Source: an uncultured Bacteroidales bacterium | GTDB lineage: Bacteria; Bacteroidota; Bacteroidia; Bacteroidales; Bacteroidaceae | Length of the DNA stretch: 64,000 nt | Assembly (NCBI GenBank): GCA_902791295.1 | Contig: CADAVI010000002.1 | Coordinates: forward strand, 270-64,269 | Reading direction: 5' to 3' | Shown: one piece after another, positions 17,163 to 27,439 of the stretch | How positions within the stretch are numbered: the stretch's first letter is position 1 | Layout of the letters: each line of letters starts with the position of its first letter | Translations under genes and position numbers: made by a program | Notes under the pieces: model-generated | Told to the model about the DNA's origin: nothing | Seen by the model: only the letters and a program-made list of their open reading frames with translations | Databases searched by the model: none

Positions 17163-19583
17163 ATGGAGCACAAGATTGGTTTTGACCAGATAAAAAATAT
17201 GCTGGCGGACAACTGTCAGTCGCAGTTGGGACGCGAGCACATCGATGCACTCACCTGGTGCAACGACATTGAGTTTATTCGCCAGCGACAGGAGGAGACC
17301 AGCGAGATGCAAACGCTCATCTCCACGCTGACGGAGACACCGGAAATGTCGTTCTACGATCTGAGAGAGGTCGTCAAACGCATTCGCATTGAAGGCACCT
17401 ACATCCTGGAAGAAGACCTGCACCGGCTCTATCTCACGCTGGTGACGATGCACGGCTGGCTGCGACTCATACGCCAGGAAGAGAACGGCGTGTCCGCCAG
17501 AGGCGAGAACACTCCTCCCGCTTATCCTGCACTGGAAAAGATGGCACACGGGGTGTTCACATTTCACGCTGTGGAGCAGTGTGCCGAAAAGATACTCGAC
17601 AAACACGGCCATATCAAAGACGACGCCTCTCCTACCCTGCAGCGCGTCAGAAGCGAGTTGAAGCGCGCCGAAGGCAGTGTGTCGCGCGCCCTTCAGGGCA
17701 TCCTGCGCACCATCAAGGAGGAAGGCCTAATCGAGGCCGACACCAATCCCACCCTGAGAGACGGCCGACTGGTCATCCCCGTTTCCCCGACCATCAAGAA
17801 ACGTCTGGGTGGAATCGTGCACGACGAATCAGCTACGGGCAAGACCGTCTATGTGGAGCCTCAGGAGGTCGTCGAAGCCAACAACAGAATCCGCGAACTC
17901 GAGGCAGAGGAAAAGCGGGAAATCATACACATCCTGCAGCACTTCACCACCCTGATTCGCCCTAATGTCAAGGAGTTGCTGAAGGCTTTCGATTTTCTGG
18001 GACAGTTGGAATTCGTGATGGCCAAAGTGTTCTTCGCCCGCGAAATCAAAGGTATCTGTCCGAGAGTATCCTCCCGCCCCGTTATCGACTGGACACTGGC
18101 CCGTCATCCCCTGCTTGAACGCTCACTCAGAAGTCAGGAGAGGAAAATCGTCCCCCTGGACATTCTCTTGGACAAAGGCGGCCGCATCCTCATCATTTCC
18201 GGCCCCAATGCGGGCGGTAAGAGTGTCTGTCTGAAGACCGTAGGCCTGATACAATACATGTTGCAATGCGGACTCCCCGTGCCTTTGGGCGAAAACTCCA
18301 AATGCGGTATGTTTTCGGAAATGCTCATTGATATCGGTGATGACCAGAGTATCGAAAACGACCTCTCCACCTACTCTTCGCATCTGATGAAGATGAAGCA
18401 GATGATGAAAGCGGCCGGAGAAGCTACGCTGCTTCTCGTCGACGAGATGGGCAGCGGCACTGAGCCCACCATCGGCGGCGCTATGGCGGAAGCCATCCTG
18501 GAGCGTTTCCACGAGAAAGGCGCTTGGGCCGTCATCACCACACACTACCAGAATCTGAAACACTTCGCCGAAAACCACGAAGGCGTGCGCAACGGCGCCA
18601 TGCTCTACGACAGACAAAAGATGGAGGCGCTCTTCCAGCTGCAAATTGGCAATCCGGGCAGCTCGTTTGCCATTGAGATTGCACGAAAGATCGGCATTCC
18701 CGCCGAAGTCATACAGAGAGCCACCTCAATAGTCGGTCAGGAATATGTCTCCGCAGACAAATATCTTTTGGACATCGTGCGCGACAAACGCTATTGGGAG
18801 GACAAGCGCCAGAACATCCACGAGAAGGAAAAGCGCATGGAAGCCACCATACAGCGCTACGAAGAAAAGATAGAAGGCCTGCGGCAGGAAAAGAAGGACA
18901 TCCTCCACTCCGCCAGAGAAGAAGCCAAGGAAATCGTCTCCAGCGCCAATGCCGCCGTGGAGCGCACCATCAAAGAAATCCGCGAAGCACAGGCAGAAAA
19001 GACACGTACCAAAGAAGCTCGCGAGAGTCTGGCCAACGTGATGGAGTCGCTGACGGCACCCACCAAAGCCGTTTCCGAGCGCATTAAACACCCCAAGACG
19101 CAGACGAGCACACATGCTGCAAATACTCCCGCCCTCGCTGTCGGCAAATACGCCAGAATCAAAGGATCCTCCACCGTAGGCGTCATCGACCGCATTGAGG
19201 GCAAGAAGGTCACGCTGACGTTCGGCCATATCCACACCGTCACCACCATCGATCGCATCGAAGCTGCCAAAGCACCCAAACCGAGTGACCCGTCTCCCGT
19301 GTCGACAAGCATCCATCTTGTGCATGAGCACAATGTGAACTTCTCGCCGGAACTCGACATTCGCGGACAGAGAGCCGACGAGGCGCTGGACACGCTGATG
19401 CACTACATGGACGATGCCCTCATGACAGGCGCTTCGCGTGTGCGCATTTTACACGGAACGGGCACAGGCGCCTTGAGGGAACTCTGCCGCCAATATGTAA
19501 GAACAGTTCCGAGAGTCTTCAGCGTGAGAGACGAAGACGTGCGCTTCGGCGGAGCAGGAATAACGGTCGTAGAACTGAAATAA
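17163..19583 (+). CDS. mutS2: endonuclease MutS2 (MutS domain plus C-terminal Smr)
   Basis: Walker A GPNAGGKS, DEMGSGTEP, and a C-terminal Smr domain (LDIRGQRADEAL...ILHGTGTGALR). Confidence 0.9.
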   Translation: MEHKIGFDQIKNMLADNCQSQLGREHIDALTWCNDIEFIRQRQEETSEMQTLISTLTETPEMSFYDLREVVKRIRIEGTYILEEDLHRLYLTLVTMHGWLRLIRQEENGVSARGENTPPAYPALEKMAHGVFTFHAVEQCAEKILDKHGHIKDDASPTLQRVRSELKRAEGSVSRALQGILRTIKEEGLIEADTNPTLRDGRLVIPVSPTIKKRLGGIVHDESATGKTVYVEPQEVVEANNRIRELEAEEKREIIHILQHFTTLIRPNVKELLKAFDFLGQLEFVMAKVFFAREIKGICPRVSSRPVIDWTLARHPLLERSLRSQERKIVPLDILLDKGGRILIISGPNAGGKSVCLKTVGLIQYMLQCGLPVPLGENSKCGMFSEMLIDIGDDQSIENDLSTYSSHLMKMKQMMKAAGEATLLLVDEMGSGTEPTIGGAMAEAILERFHEKGAWAVITTHYQNLKHFAENHEGVRNGAMLYDRQKMEALFQLQIGNPGSSFAIEIARKIGIPAEVIQRATSIVGQEYVSADKYLLDIVRDKRYWEDKRQNIHEKEKRMEATIQRYEEKIEGLRQEKKDILHSAREEAKEIVSSANAAVERTIKEIREAQAEKTRTKEARESLANVMESLTAPTKAVSERIKHPKTQTSTHAANTPALAVGKYARIKGSSTVGVIDRIEGKKVTLTFGHIHTVTTIDRIEAAKAPKPSDPSPVSTSIHLVHEHNVNFSPELDIRGQRADEALDTLMHYMDDALMTGASRVRILHGTGTGALRELCRQYVRTVPRVFSVRDEDVRFGGAGITVVELK

Positions 19584-19635
19584 ACATCAGTCTGCGACCG
19601 TTACACTTTTTATGGTTTCAAGGGAAACGCTTCTC

Positions 19636-20769
19636 TCAGCGTCCTTTGTACATATCCTCGTAGTACTTCTCGTACTCCCCCGAAGTGATATTGTCCATCC
19701 ACTCCTGGTTGTCGAGATACCACTTCACCGTCTTCTCGATACCTTCCTCAAACTGCAACGAAGGCTCCCAACCGAGCTCTTTCTGCAGCTTCGTGGAGTC
19801 GATGGCGTAGCGGGCGTCATGGCCTAGACGGTCGGTAACGTATGTAATGAGGTCGAGGTCTTCTCCCTCCTTGCGGCCCAGCAGGCGGTCCACCGTCTTG
19901 ATAAGGGTCTTGATGATGTCAATATTCTTCCACTCATTGAAGCCGCCGATATTGTAGGTCTCCGCAATCTTGCCGTTGTGGAAAATCGTGTCGATGGCCC
20001 GTGCGTGATCCACCACGTAGAGCCAGTCGCGCACATTCTCACCCTTGCCGTAAACGGGCAACGGCTTGCGGTGACGGATGTTGTTAATGAAGAGGGGTAT
20101 CAACTTCTCGGGGAACTGATAGGGGCCGTAGTTGTTGGAGCAGTTGGTCACAATCGTAGGCATGCCGTAAGTGTCGTGGAAAGCACGCACGAAGTGGTCG
20201 CTCGAAGCCTTGGAGGCACTGTAGGGCGAATGGGGATTATACTTCGTCGTCTCGTAGAAGAAATCCTTGCCGTAGGCCAGATGATGCTCGGAAGAAGACG
20301 CCGTCGTGGTGAAGGGCGGCTCGATGCCTTCGGGATTAGTCATCTCCAAAGCACCGTAGACCTCGTCCGTGGAAATATGGTAGAAGCGCTTGCCCTCATA
20401 CTTCTCCGGCAGCGACTCCCAATAGAGCTTGGCAGCCTGCAACAACGAGAGCGTGCCCATCACATTGGTACGTGCAAAGGTGAAAGGGTCCTTGATGGAA
20501 CGGTCCACATGGCTCTCGGCAGCCAGATGAATGATGCCGTCAATCTTCTCGTCCTGCATCAACTTATAGAAGGCATCGAAGTCACAGATGTCCATCCTGA
20601 CGAACTTGTAATTCGGTTTGTCCTCAATGTCCTTCAGATTGGCTAAATTGCCGGCATAGGTGAGCTTGTCGAGATTGATGATATTATACTCGGGATACTT
20701 GTTCACAAAGAGGCGAACAACATGGCTTCCGATGAATCCGGCGCCGCCGGTGATAACAATATTCTTCAT
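19636..20769 (-). CDS. rfbB: dTDP-glucose 4,6-dehydratase
   Basis: TGGAGFIGSH Rossmann motif and YSASKASSD catalytic YxxxK. 377 aa. Confidence 0.95.
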   Translation of the reverse strand: MKNIVITGGAGFIGSHVVRLFVNKYPEYNIINLDKLTYAGNLANLKDIEDKPNYKFVRMDICDFDAFYKLMQDEKIDGIIHLAAESHVDRSIKDPFTFARTNVMGTLSLLQAAKLYWESLPEKYEGKRFYHISTDEVYGALEMTNPEGIEPPFTTTASSSEHHLAYGKDFFYETTKYNPHSPYSASKASSDHFVRAFHDTYGMPTIVTNCSNNYGPYQFPEKLIPLFINNIRHRKPLPVYGKGENVRDWLYVVDHARAIDTIFHNGKIAETYNIGGFNEWKNIDIIKTLIKTVDRLLGRKEGEDLDLITYVTDRLGHDARYAIDSTKLQKELGWEPSLQFEEGIEKTVKWYLDNQEWMDNITSGEYEKYYEDMYKGR

Positions 20770-20812
20770 ATTAAAGTGCTTGTTTGTTTAAAACAATGTA
20801 AATAATTGGTAT

Positions 20813-21706
20813 TCAGGCGTTATTTTTTATCAAATTCCTGATGCATTTCTTCAGACTATCGGTCCAGTAGGGCACACGAACACCGAAGGTCTCGCGTATC
20901 TTGCGCTTGTCCAAAACACTGTAAGCGGGACGCTGTACGGGCGAAGGATATTCGCTGGAATAGCAGGGTTGGATGTCACACTCCGTATGACCGCAATATT
21001 CGGCAATCATCTTCGTAAAATCGAACCAGCTGCATACACCTTCGTTGGAATAGTGATAAACGCCCTCAACGGGCTTGGAGAGAATCGTCAGAATGGCTTC
21101 GGCGAGATCCAGAGCATAGGTTGGCGTGCCGCATTGGTCAAACACCACCTTGAGTGCCGGCTTGGTGGCCGTGAGCGTCATCATCGTCTTGCAGAAGTTC
21201 TTGCCGAACTCGGAGTAGAGCCAAGCCGTGCGAATGATGACGTAGCGACAGCCGGAGTCGATGATATACTGCTCTCCGAGCTTCTTCGTGGTGCCGTAAA
21301 CGCCTGTCGGCGTACCTTTCTGGTCTTCACGACAGGGGGTGTTGTAAGGCTCTTTACCGAAGACGTAGTCGGTGGAAATTTGAATGAGCAGACCGCCAAC
21401 CTCTTTCATCGCTACAGCCAGATTGCGCGGCGCATCGGCATTAAGACGCTCGGCCAAAGCGGCCAGTTTTTCATCCGTCTCGCAAGCGTCCACATTGGTC
21501 CATGCGGCACAGTTGACGATGGCCTCCACATTGTTGTCTTTCACCATAGTGCGGACGGCCTCCAGGTCAGTGATGTCCAAATGAACGGTGTCGAGCCCTT
21601 CGGCATCAGCGACATCGGTGAAAATATATCGGTCTTTCGAAGTGCCGGACACAATGCGCATTTCACGTCCGAGTTGTCCGTTGGCTCCCGTAACAAGAAT
21701 ATTCAT
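20813..21706 (-). CDS. rfbD: dTDP-4-dehydrorhamnose reductase
   Basis: Internal ATG at 21706 gives MNILVTGANGQLG. YGTTKKLGE is the YxxxK motif. The 25-codon upstream extension overlaps the rfbA region. Confidence 0.9.
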   Translation of the reverse strand: MNILVTGANGQLGREMRIVSGTSKDRYIFTDVADAEGLDTVHLDITDLEAVRTMVKDNNVEAIVNCAAWTNVDACETDEKLAALAERLNADAPRNLAVAMKEVGGLLIQISTDYVFGKEPYNTPCREDQKGTPTGVYGTTKKLGEQYIIDSGCRYVIIRTAWLYSEFGKNFCKTMMTLTATKPALKVVFDQCGTPTYALDLAEAILTILSKPVEGVYHYSNEGVCSWFDFTKMIAEYCGHTECDIQPCYSSEYPSPVQRPAYSVLDKRKIRETFGVRVPYWTDSLKKCIRNLIKNNA

Positions 21707-21740
21707 GTCTGTGTCAGATGTTTTATCCGTTCGATTTTTC

Positions 21741-22646
21741 CTATTCCAGGTTTCCCAAGCCGTAGCGCTTGACCTCGTCAATCACCTTGAGCAGATATTG
21801 TCCGTACTGATTCTTGAGCATCGGTTGGGCCAACTGGCGCATACGCTCTTCGTCAATCCAACCTTTGCGGTAGGCAATACCTTCAAGGCAGCCCACCTTC
21901 AGTCCCTGACGCTTCTCCAGCACTTCGATGTATGTAGATGCTTCGGAGAGCGAATCGTGCGTACCGGTGTCGAGCCAGGCGAATCCGCGACCGAGGGTCT
22001 GCACCTTGAGTTCGCCGTCTTCCAGGAACTTCTGGTTGACCGTTGTGATTTCATACTCTCCACGGGCGGAGGGCTTGATATTGCGAGCCACTTCAACGAC
22101 CTTATTGGGATAAAAATACAGGCCGACAACGGCGTAGTTGGACTTGGGATGCTCGGGTTTCTCCTCGATGGAGAGGCAGTTGCCGTCGCGGTCGAACTCG
22201 GCCACGCCGTAACGTTCGGGATCGTTCACCCAATAGCCGAAGACAGTGGCCTTCTTATCCTCCTCCGCCGTACGCACAGCCTCGCGCAACATCTTGCTGA
22301 AGCCGTTGCCCTGGAAAATGTTGTCGCCGAGCACCAGGCAGGCACTGTCGTCACCGATGAAGTCCGCACCGATGGTGAACGCCTGCGCCAAACCGTCGGG
22401 CGAAGGCTGCTCTGCGTACTCGAAATGCACGCCATAGTCGCTGCCGTCACCCAGAAGACGCTTGAACCCGGGCAAATCGAAAGGTGTGGAAATAATCAGG
22501 ATTTCGCGGATGCCGGCCAGCATGAGCACCGACACCGGATAATAAATCATGGGCTTGTCGTAAATGGGCATCAGTTGCTTGGAAATGCCCTTCGTGATGG
22601 GATACAAGCGGGTGCCGGAACCTCCGGCCAATACAATTCCTTTCAT
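21741..22646 (-). CDS. rfbA: glucose-1-phosphate thymidylyltransferase
   Basis: [37 protein letters not shown] is the canonical RmlA N-terminus. Confidence 0.95.
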   Translation of the reverse strand: MKGIVLAGGSGTRLYPITKGISKQLMPIYDKPMIYYPVSVLMLAGIREILIISTPFDLPGFKRLLGDGSDYGVHFEYAEQPSPDGLAQAFTIGADFIGDDSACLVLGDNIFQGNGFSKMLREAVRTAEEDKKATVFGYWVNDPERYGVAEFDRDGNCLSIEEKPEHPKSNYAVVGLYFYPNKVVEVARNIKPSARGEYEITTVNQKFLEDGELKVQTLGRGFAWLDTGTHDSLSEASTYIEVLEKRQGLKVGCLEGIAYRKGWIDEERMRQLAQPMLKNQYGQYLLKVIDEVKRYGLGNLE

Positions 22647-22680
22647 ACTCTTTGTCTTGAGTAAAACACAATGATTTGCC

Positions 22681-22688
22681 CAAAGGTA
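22681..22688 (-). promoter_or_regulatory. -7 box TACCTTTG
   Basis: Plus-strand CAAAGGTA, 35 nt upstream of the rfbA ATG. Confidence 0.4.
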
Positions 22689-22794
22689 CGTAATTTTATC
22701 CGAACATCGGACATTTTATCATAAAAAACTTTAAGATTCGCCCCGCTATTTCAAAAAATTGCGACTCAGGGGCTTCCGGTTTCAAAAAATTCCG

Positions 22795-22802
22795 TAACTT
22801 TG
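22795..22802 (+). promoter_or_regulatory. -7 box TAACTTTG followed by a leader of about 170 nt
   Basis: Upstream of the RND operon. The leader starts with the hairpin GCACCCG-10 nt-CGGGTGC (22802-22825) and contains an 11-bp tandem repeat. Confidence 0.4.
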
Positions 22803-22862
22803 CACCCGATTTTGTGCACGGGTGCTATATGCGCTCCCCCACACGTACATGCGTGAACCGTT

Positions 22863-22884
22863 CAGAGCCGCTGCAGAGCCGCTG
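22863..22884. repeat. 11-bp tandem repeat CAGAGCCGCTG x2
   Basis: Direct reading gives two perfect copies within the RND operon leader. Confidence 0.9.
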
Positions 22885-22975
22885 TTTACTCGTAGAAAAC
22901 ACGAGATGAACGAGGGCCGGACGGGAGGAATACGAACAGACAAAGAAAACGACATAACAGATAATTAACAGAACT

Positions 22976-24088
22976 ATGCGAATGAAACTTAACATGCTCG
23001 CTGTCGGCGCTATGGCTCTGATGATGGCCTCTTGCGGCAAGCAGCAGCAACAGACGCCCAGTGCCGTCTACAAGACCATGAAGGTTGAAAAAGAAGACGT
23101 CACCATCGAGAGTAAATACAGTGCCACCATACGTGGCCGCCAGGACGTCAACATCCTCCCCCAGGTGGCCGGTACGATACACCAGATTTGCGTCACAGAA
23201 GGCCAGCACGTCAGCGCCGGCCAGACGCTTTTCATCATCGACCAGGTGCCCTATGAAGCCGCCCTGCGCACAGCAGAGGCCACCCTCGAAGCCGCCAAAG
23301 CGGCAGAGGCCACCGCAGCTCTCAACTACGAGGCCAAGAAGAAGTTGAGGGCCGACAACGTCATCTCCGACTTCGACCTGCAGACCTCCCACAACAGTCT
23401 GCTCTCGGCCAAAGCACAGGTGAGCCAGTGCAACGCCCAGGTGGTGAACGCCCGCAACAACCTCTCCTACACCGTTGTGAAATCTCCCTCCAACGGCGTT
23501 GTGGGCCAGCTGCCCTACAAGAAAGGCGCTCTCGTGAGCGCTTCCATTCCCGAGCCTCTGACCACCGTCAGCGACATCCATCAGATGCACGTATATTTCT
23601 CCATGACCGAAGGTCAACTGCTCTCCATGGTGCGCGAGAGCGGTTCTTTGGACAAAGCCATTGAGGCTATGCCCGCCCTGCGTCTGCGCCTGGTGGACGG
23701 CAGCGACTATGACATTCCGGGCAAGGTGGAGAGCGCCAGCGCCGTCATCGACCGCGCAACGGGCACCATTCAGCTCCGCGCCGTCTTCGACAACCCCAAC
23801 GGTATGCTACACAGCGGCTCTTCGGGCACGGTAATCATTCCCGTTGAGTTGAAAGAGCAGTTCGTCATCCCCGCCAAAGCCACCGTGCAGTTGCAAGACC
23901 GCTTCCGTGTGTGGCAGGTGGATAATGACGGCATCGCTCACGGTATCCTCGTGAGCCTGCGCCCCGAACGCTTGGGCGACAAAGTCATTGTGACCGAAGG
24001 ACTGACACCCGGCCTGGAAATTGTGGCAGAAGGTGCCGGTATGGTCAGAGAAGGCCAGAATGTGCTCAAGAAGAACGAGAAGAAATAA
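22976..24088 (+). CDS. RND efflux periplasmic adaptor (membrane fusion protein)
   Basis: Lipoprotein signal MALMMASCGK and HlyD/AcrA-like barrel-sandwich and coiled-coil pattern. First gene of a three-gene efflux operon. Confidence 0.9.
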   Translation: MRMKLNMLAVGAMALMMASCGKQQQQTPSAVYKTMKVEKEDVTIESKYSATIRGRQDVNILPQVAGTIHQICVTEGQHVSAGQTLFIIDQVPYEAALRTAEATLEAAKAAEATAALNYEAKKKLRADNVISDFDLQTSHNSLLSAKAQVSQCNAQVVNARNNLSYTVVKSPSNGVVGQLPYKKGALVSASIPEPLTTVSDIHQMHVYFSMTEGQLLSMVRESGSLDKAIEAMPALRLRLVDGSDYDIPGKVESASAVIDRATGTIQLRAVFDNPNGMLHSGSSGTVIIPVELKEQFVIPAKATVQLQDRFRVWQVDNDGIAHGILVSLRPERLGDKVIVTEGLTPGLEIVAEGAGMVREGQNVLKKNEKK

Positions 24089-24115
24089 GCGAACGCACTA
24101 AAGACAGGATTTGAA

Positions 24116-27100
24116 ATGAAAGGCAATATATTCATCAAACGCCCGGTGATGGCTATGTCCATCGCCATCATGATTCTCCTGGTGGGTACAATCAGCTATT
24201 TCACCCTACCCTTGGAGAGTTACCCCGACATTGCGCCGCCGACGGTGCAGGTGTCGGCCACTTATACCGGCGCCTCGGCCGACGCTGTCTCACACGCCGT
24301 GATTCAGCCCTTGGAGGAGAGCATCAACGGTGTGGAGAACATGACCTACATGACCTCCACGGCCACCAACTCCGGCAGCGCCACCATCACCATCTACTTC
24401 AAGCAGGGCACCAACGCCGACATGTGTGCCGTGAATGTGCAGAACCGCGTCTCCAAAGCACAGGGCCTTCTGCCTCAGGAGGTGACGCGCATCGGTGTGA
24501 TGACGCAGAAGAGACAGACGTCCTTCCTGCAGATTGACGCTTTGGAGTGCACCAACGGTGAATACGACGAGGACTTCATCTCCAATTACCTCGACATCAA
24601 CGTCATCCCCCAGATTAAGCGTATCAAAGGTGTGGGCGACGTGATGGAGTTGGGCGGCACCTACTCTCTGCGTATTTGGATGGACCCCACCAAGATGGCT
24701 CAATACGGTCTGATTCCTTCCGACATTACCGCTGCTCTGGCTGAGCAAAACCTGGAGTCGCCCACGGGACAGTTGGGCGAAAACCCCGTCAACGGAGTGC
24801 ACGGCGAAGGCATTGACAACCCCTTCTCCTTCACGATGAAGTACACCGGTCGTTTGGAAAGCATAGACCAGTTTGAGAACATCGTACTAAAAGCACTTCC
24901 CGACGGCAACATCCTGAGACTGAAGGATGTGGCCAAAGCCGAACTGGGTGCTGTGAGCTACGCCTTTCACGGCGGCGCCAACGGCCATGAAGCCGTCTGC
25001 TTCCTTTCCTTCCAGGTGGCAGGCGCCAATGCCAAGGAGACCAACGACCTCATCTTTGACAAGTTGGACGAACTCTCGAAAGATCTTCCCAACGGTCTCA
25101 AATTCACCACGCTGCAGTGCTCCAACGACTTCCTCATGGCCTCCATAGCTAATGTAGAGGAAACGCTCATCGTGGCCATCATTCTGGTGATTTTGGTCGT
25201 TTACTTCTTCCTGCAGGACTTCAGGGCCACCATCATTCCCTCTATTTCCATCATTGTGTCGCTGGTGGGCACTTTTGCCTGTCTGTCCGTTGCCGGTTTC
25301 TCTCTGAACCTGCTGACGCTCTTCGCCCTCGTGCTGGCCATCGGTACGGTGGTAGATGACGCCATTGTGGTGGTGGAGGCTGTGCAGGCCAAGTTCGATG
25401 CCGGCTACACCTCTCCTTACCAAGCCACCAAGGATGCCATGAACGATGTGACGATGGCCGTCATCTCCTGTACCTTCGTCTTTATGGCGGTGTTTATCCC
25501 CGTCAGCTTCATGCCCGGCACCTCCGGCATCTTCTACACGCAATTCGGCCTGACGCTGGCCACCTCCGTAGGTCTCTCCTGCGTGAGCGCCCTGACGCTC
25601 TGCCCCGCCCTCTGCGCTATGATGATGCGACCGGCCTCAGAGGAGCGCCGCAAGGGCTTCTTCGGACAGATTAACTACCGCACCCGCCTGGCCTACGAGG
25701 CCACTTACGGCGTCCTGCTGGAGAAATATCTGGGCGTGCTCAAGCACATCGTTTCCCGCAAAGCCAGAATCTATGCACAACTGACCGTCATACTGGCGTT
25801 TGTCGGCGTCTATTTCGCCTTCAAGAATTTGTCCTCCGGCCTCGTACCCCAAGAGGATCAGGGCACAATGATGATGGTTGTCAACGGCGTGCCCGGCGCA
25901 AATCTTGCCAACACCAATGAGGTGCTCGACCGTGTGGAGAAAATCGTCAAAGACCTTCCCGAGGTAGAGAGCTACAACCGTGTGGCCGGTTACTCCTTTA
26001 TGGCCGGACAAGGCACCTCTTACGCTATGTGCATCATGAAGTTGAAGAATTGGACCGAACGACGCTCCGCTGGCCCCTGGAACTGGGTTTCCAACTTCAT
26101 GTCCACCTCGACAGTGGCTTCCGGCATGCTCACCAAGAAACTGATGGAAGAGATTCCCGATGCTCAGTGTCTGGTGTTTGAGCCCGGCATGATTCCCGGC
26201 TACGGCATGGGCTCCATCGAACTCAACCTGCAGGACAAGAACGGCGGCGACAAAGCCACCTTCCTGAGTTATACGCAGGACTTCCTCAACCGCGTCAGCC
26301 AACACCCGGAAGTGATGCGTGCAATGACGTCCTACGCCCGCAACTTCCCCCAGTTGCTCGTTGAAGTGGATGCTGCTCAGTGTAAGCGTGCCGGCATCTC
26401 TCCCAGCCTCGTGCTCAGCACGTTGGGTTCCTACTGCGGCGGTGCCTATGTGAGCAACATGAACCAGTTCGGTCACGTCTATCGCGTGATGCTGCAGGCC
26501 ACCGAGAAGTCGCGCCTCACTCAGGAGGATTTGTCTAATATGTACGTGCGCAACGGTGCCGACATGGCGCCCATCTCCGAGTTTGTCAAGCTGACGCCCA
26601 TGCTCGGCCCTGAGATTGACACCCGATTCAACCTCTTCTCATCCATCATGTGCAACCTGATGCCCAATGCCGGCTATTCTTCCACCGACGTCATGCGGGT
26701 AGTCGAAGAGGAATTCCACAACGTGTTCCCTTCGGGCTTCGGCTACGAGTACGGCGGCATTTCACGTGAGGAGAACGAGATGCGCGGCTCTTATGCCACC
26801 ATCGTCATCTACATGGTTTGCGCTTTCCTCATCTTCCTCATCCTCTCCTGCCTCTACGAGAGTTTCCTCGTGCCCTGGTCGATCATCCTGTCCGTGCCTG
26901 CCGGCGTGTTGGGCTCTGTCGGTTTCGCCTGGCTGTGGAATCAGGGCTACGCCGTGCTGCCTATGGTCTTCGGTTGCAAGATTGACAACAATATTTATCT
27001 GCAGACGGGTATCATCATGCTCATCGGCCTGCTCTCCAAGACCGCCATTCTGATTACGGAGTTCGCTCTGGAGCGTCGTCGCAAGGGCATGGGTATCGTT

Positions 27101-27424
27101 GAAGCCGCCTACGCAGCCTGCGAAGCCCGTCTTCGCCCCATTCTGATGACCGTCCTCACGATGATTATCGGCATGGTGCCCCTGATGGTGTCCACCGGTG
27201 CCGGCAGCCACTCCAACCGCACCATCGGTGTCACTGTCATCGGCGGTATGTTTGTCGGCACTTTGGCCATCCTCTTCACTGTGCCTGTGTTCTTCATCCT
27301 GACCGAATGGCTACAGGAAAAAATCCGTCCCGTGATGGTAGAGGAAGCCGACCAGCAGTTCCTCAAGGAGCGTGAGCACAGTCTCAAGGCCAAACAGGAA
27401 GCTGAAGCCGAGCATGAAGATTAA
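24116..27424 (+). CDS. RND efflux permease (AcrB/HAE1 family, 1102 aa)
   Basis: FIKRPVMAMSIAIMILLVG N-terminus, 12-TM layout with two large periplasmic loops, and the VVDDAIVVVE motif. Confidence 0.95.
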   Translation: MKGNIFIKRPVMAMSIAIMILLVGTISYFTLPLESYPDIAPPTVQVSATYTGASADAVSHAVIQPLEESINGVENMTYMTSTATNSGSATITIYFKQGTNADMCAVNVQNRVSKAQGLLPQEVTRIGVMTQKRQTSFLQIDALECTNGEYDEDFISNYLDINVIPQIKRIKGVGDVMELGGTYSLRIWMDPTKMAQYGLIPSDITAALAEQNLESPTGQLGENPVNGVHGEGIDNPFSFTMKYTGRLESIDQFENIVLKALPDGNILRLKDVAKAELGAVSYAFHGGANGHEAVCFLSFQVAGANAKETNDLIFDKLDELSKDLPNGLKFTTLQCSNDFLMASIANVEETLIVAIILVILVVYFFLQDFRATIIPSISIIVSLVGTFACLSVAGFSLNLLTLFALVLAIGTVVDDAIVVVEAVQAKFDAGYTSPYQATKDAMNDVTMAVISCTFVFMAVFIPVSFMPGTSGIFYTQFGLTLATSVGLSCVSALTLCPALCAMMMRPASEERRKGFFGQINYRTRLAYEATYGVLLEKYLGVLKHIVSRKARIYAQLTVILAFVGVYFAFKNLSSGLVPQEDQGTMMMVVNGVPGANLANTNEVLDRVEKIVKDLPEVESYNRVAGYSFMAGQGTSYAMCIMKLKNWTERRSAGPWNWVSNFMSTSTVASGMLTKKLMEEIPDAQCLVFEPGMIPGYGMGSIELNLQDKNGGDKATFLSYTQDFLNRVSQHPEVMRAMTSYARNFPQLLVEVDAAQCKRAGISPSLVLSTLGSYCGGAYVSNMNQFGHVYRVMLQATEKSRLTQEDLSNMYVRNGADMAPISEFVKLTPMLGPEIDTRFNLFSSIMCNLMPNAGYSSTDVMRVVEEEFHNVFPSGFGYEYGGISREENEMRGSYATIVIYMVCAFLIFLILSCLYESFLVPWSIILSVPAGVLGSVGFAWLWNQGYAVLPMVFGCKIDNNIYLQTGIIMLIGLLSKTAILITEFALERRRKGMGIVEAAYAACEARLRPILMTVLTMIIGMVPLMVSTGAGSHSNRTIGVTVIGGMFVGTLAILFTVPVFFILTEWLQEKIRPVMVEEADQQFLKEREHSLKAKQEAEAEHED

Positions 27425-27439
27425 ACCGTCAATCACATA

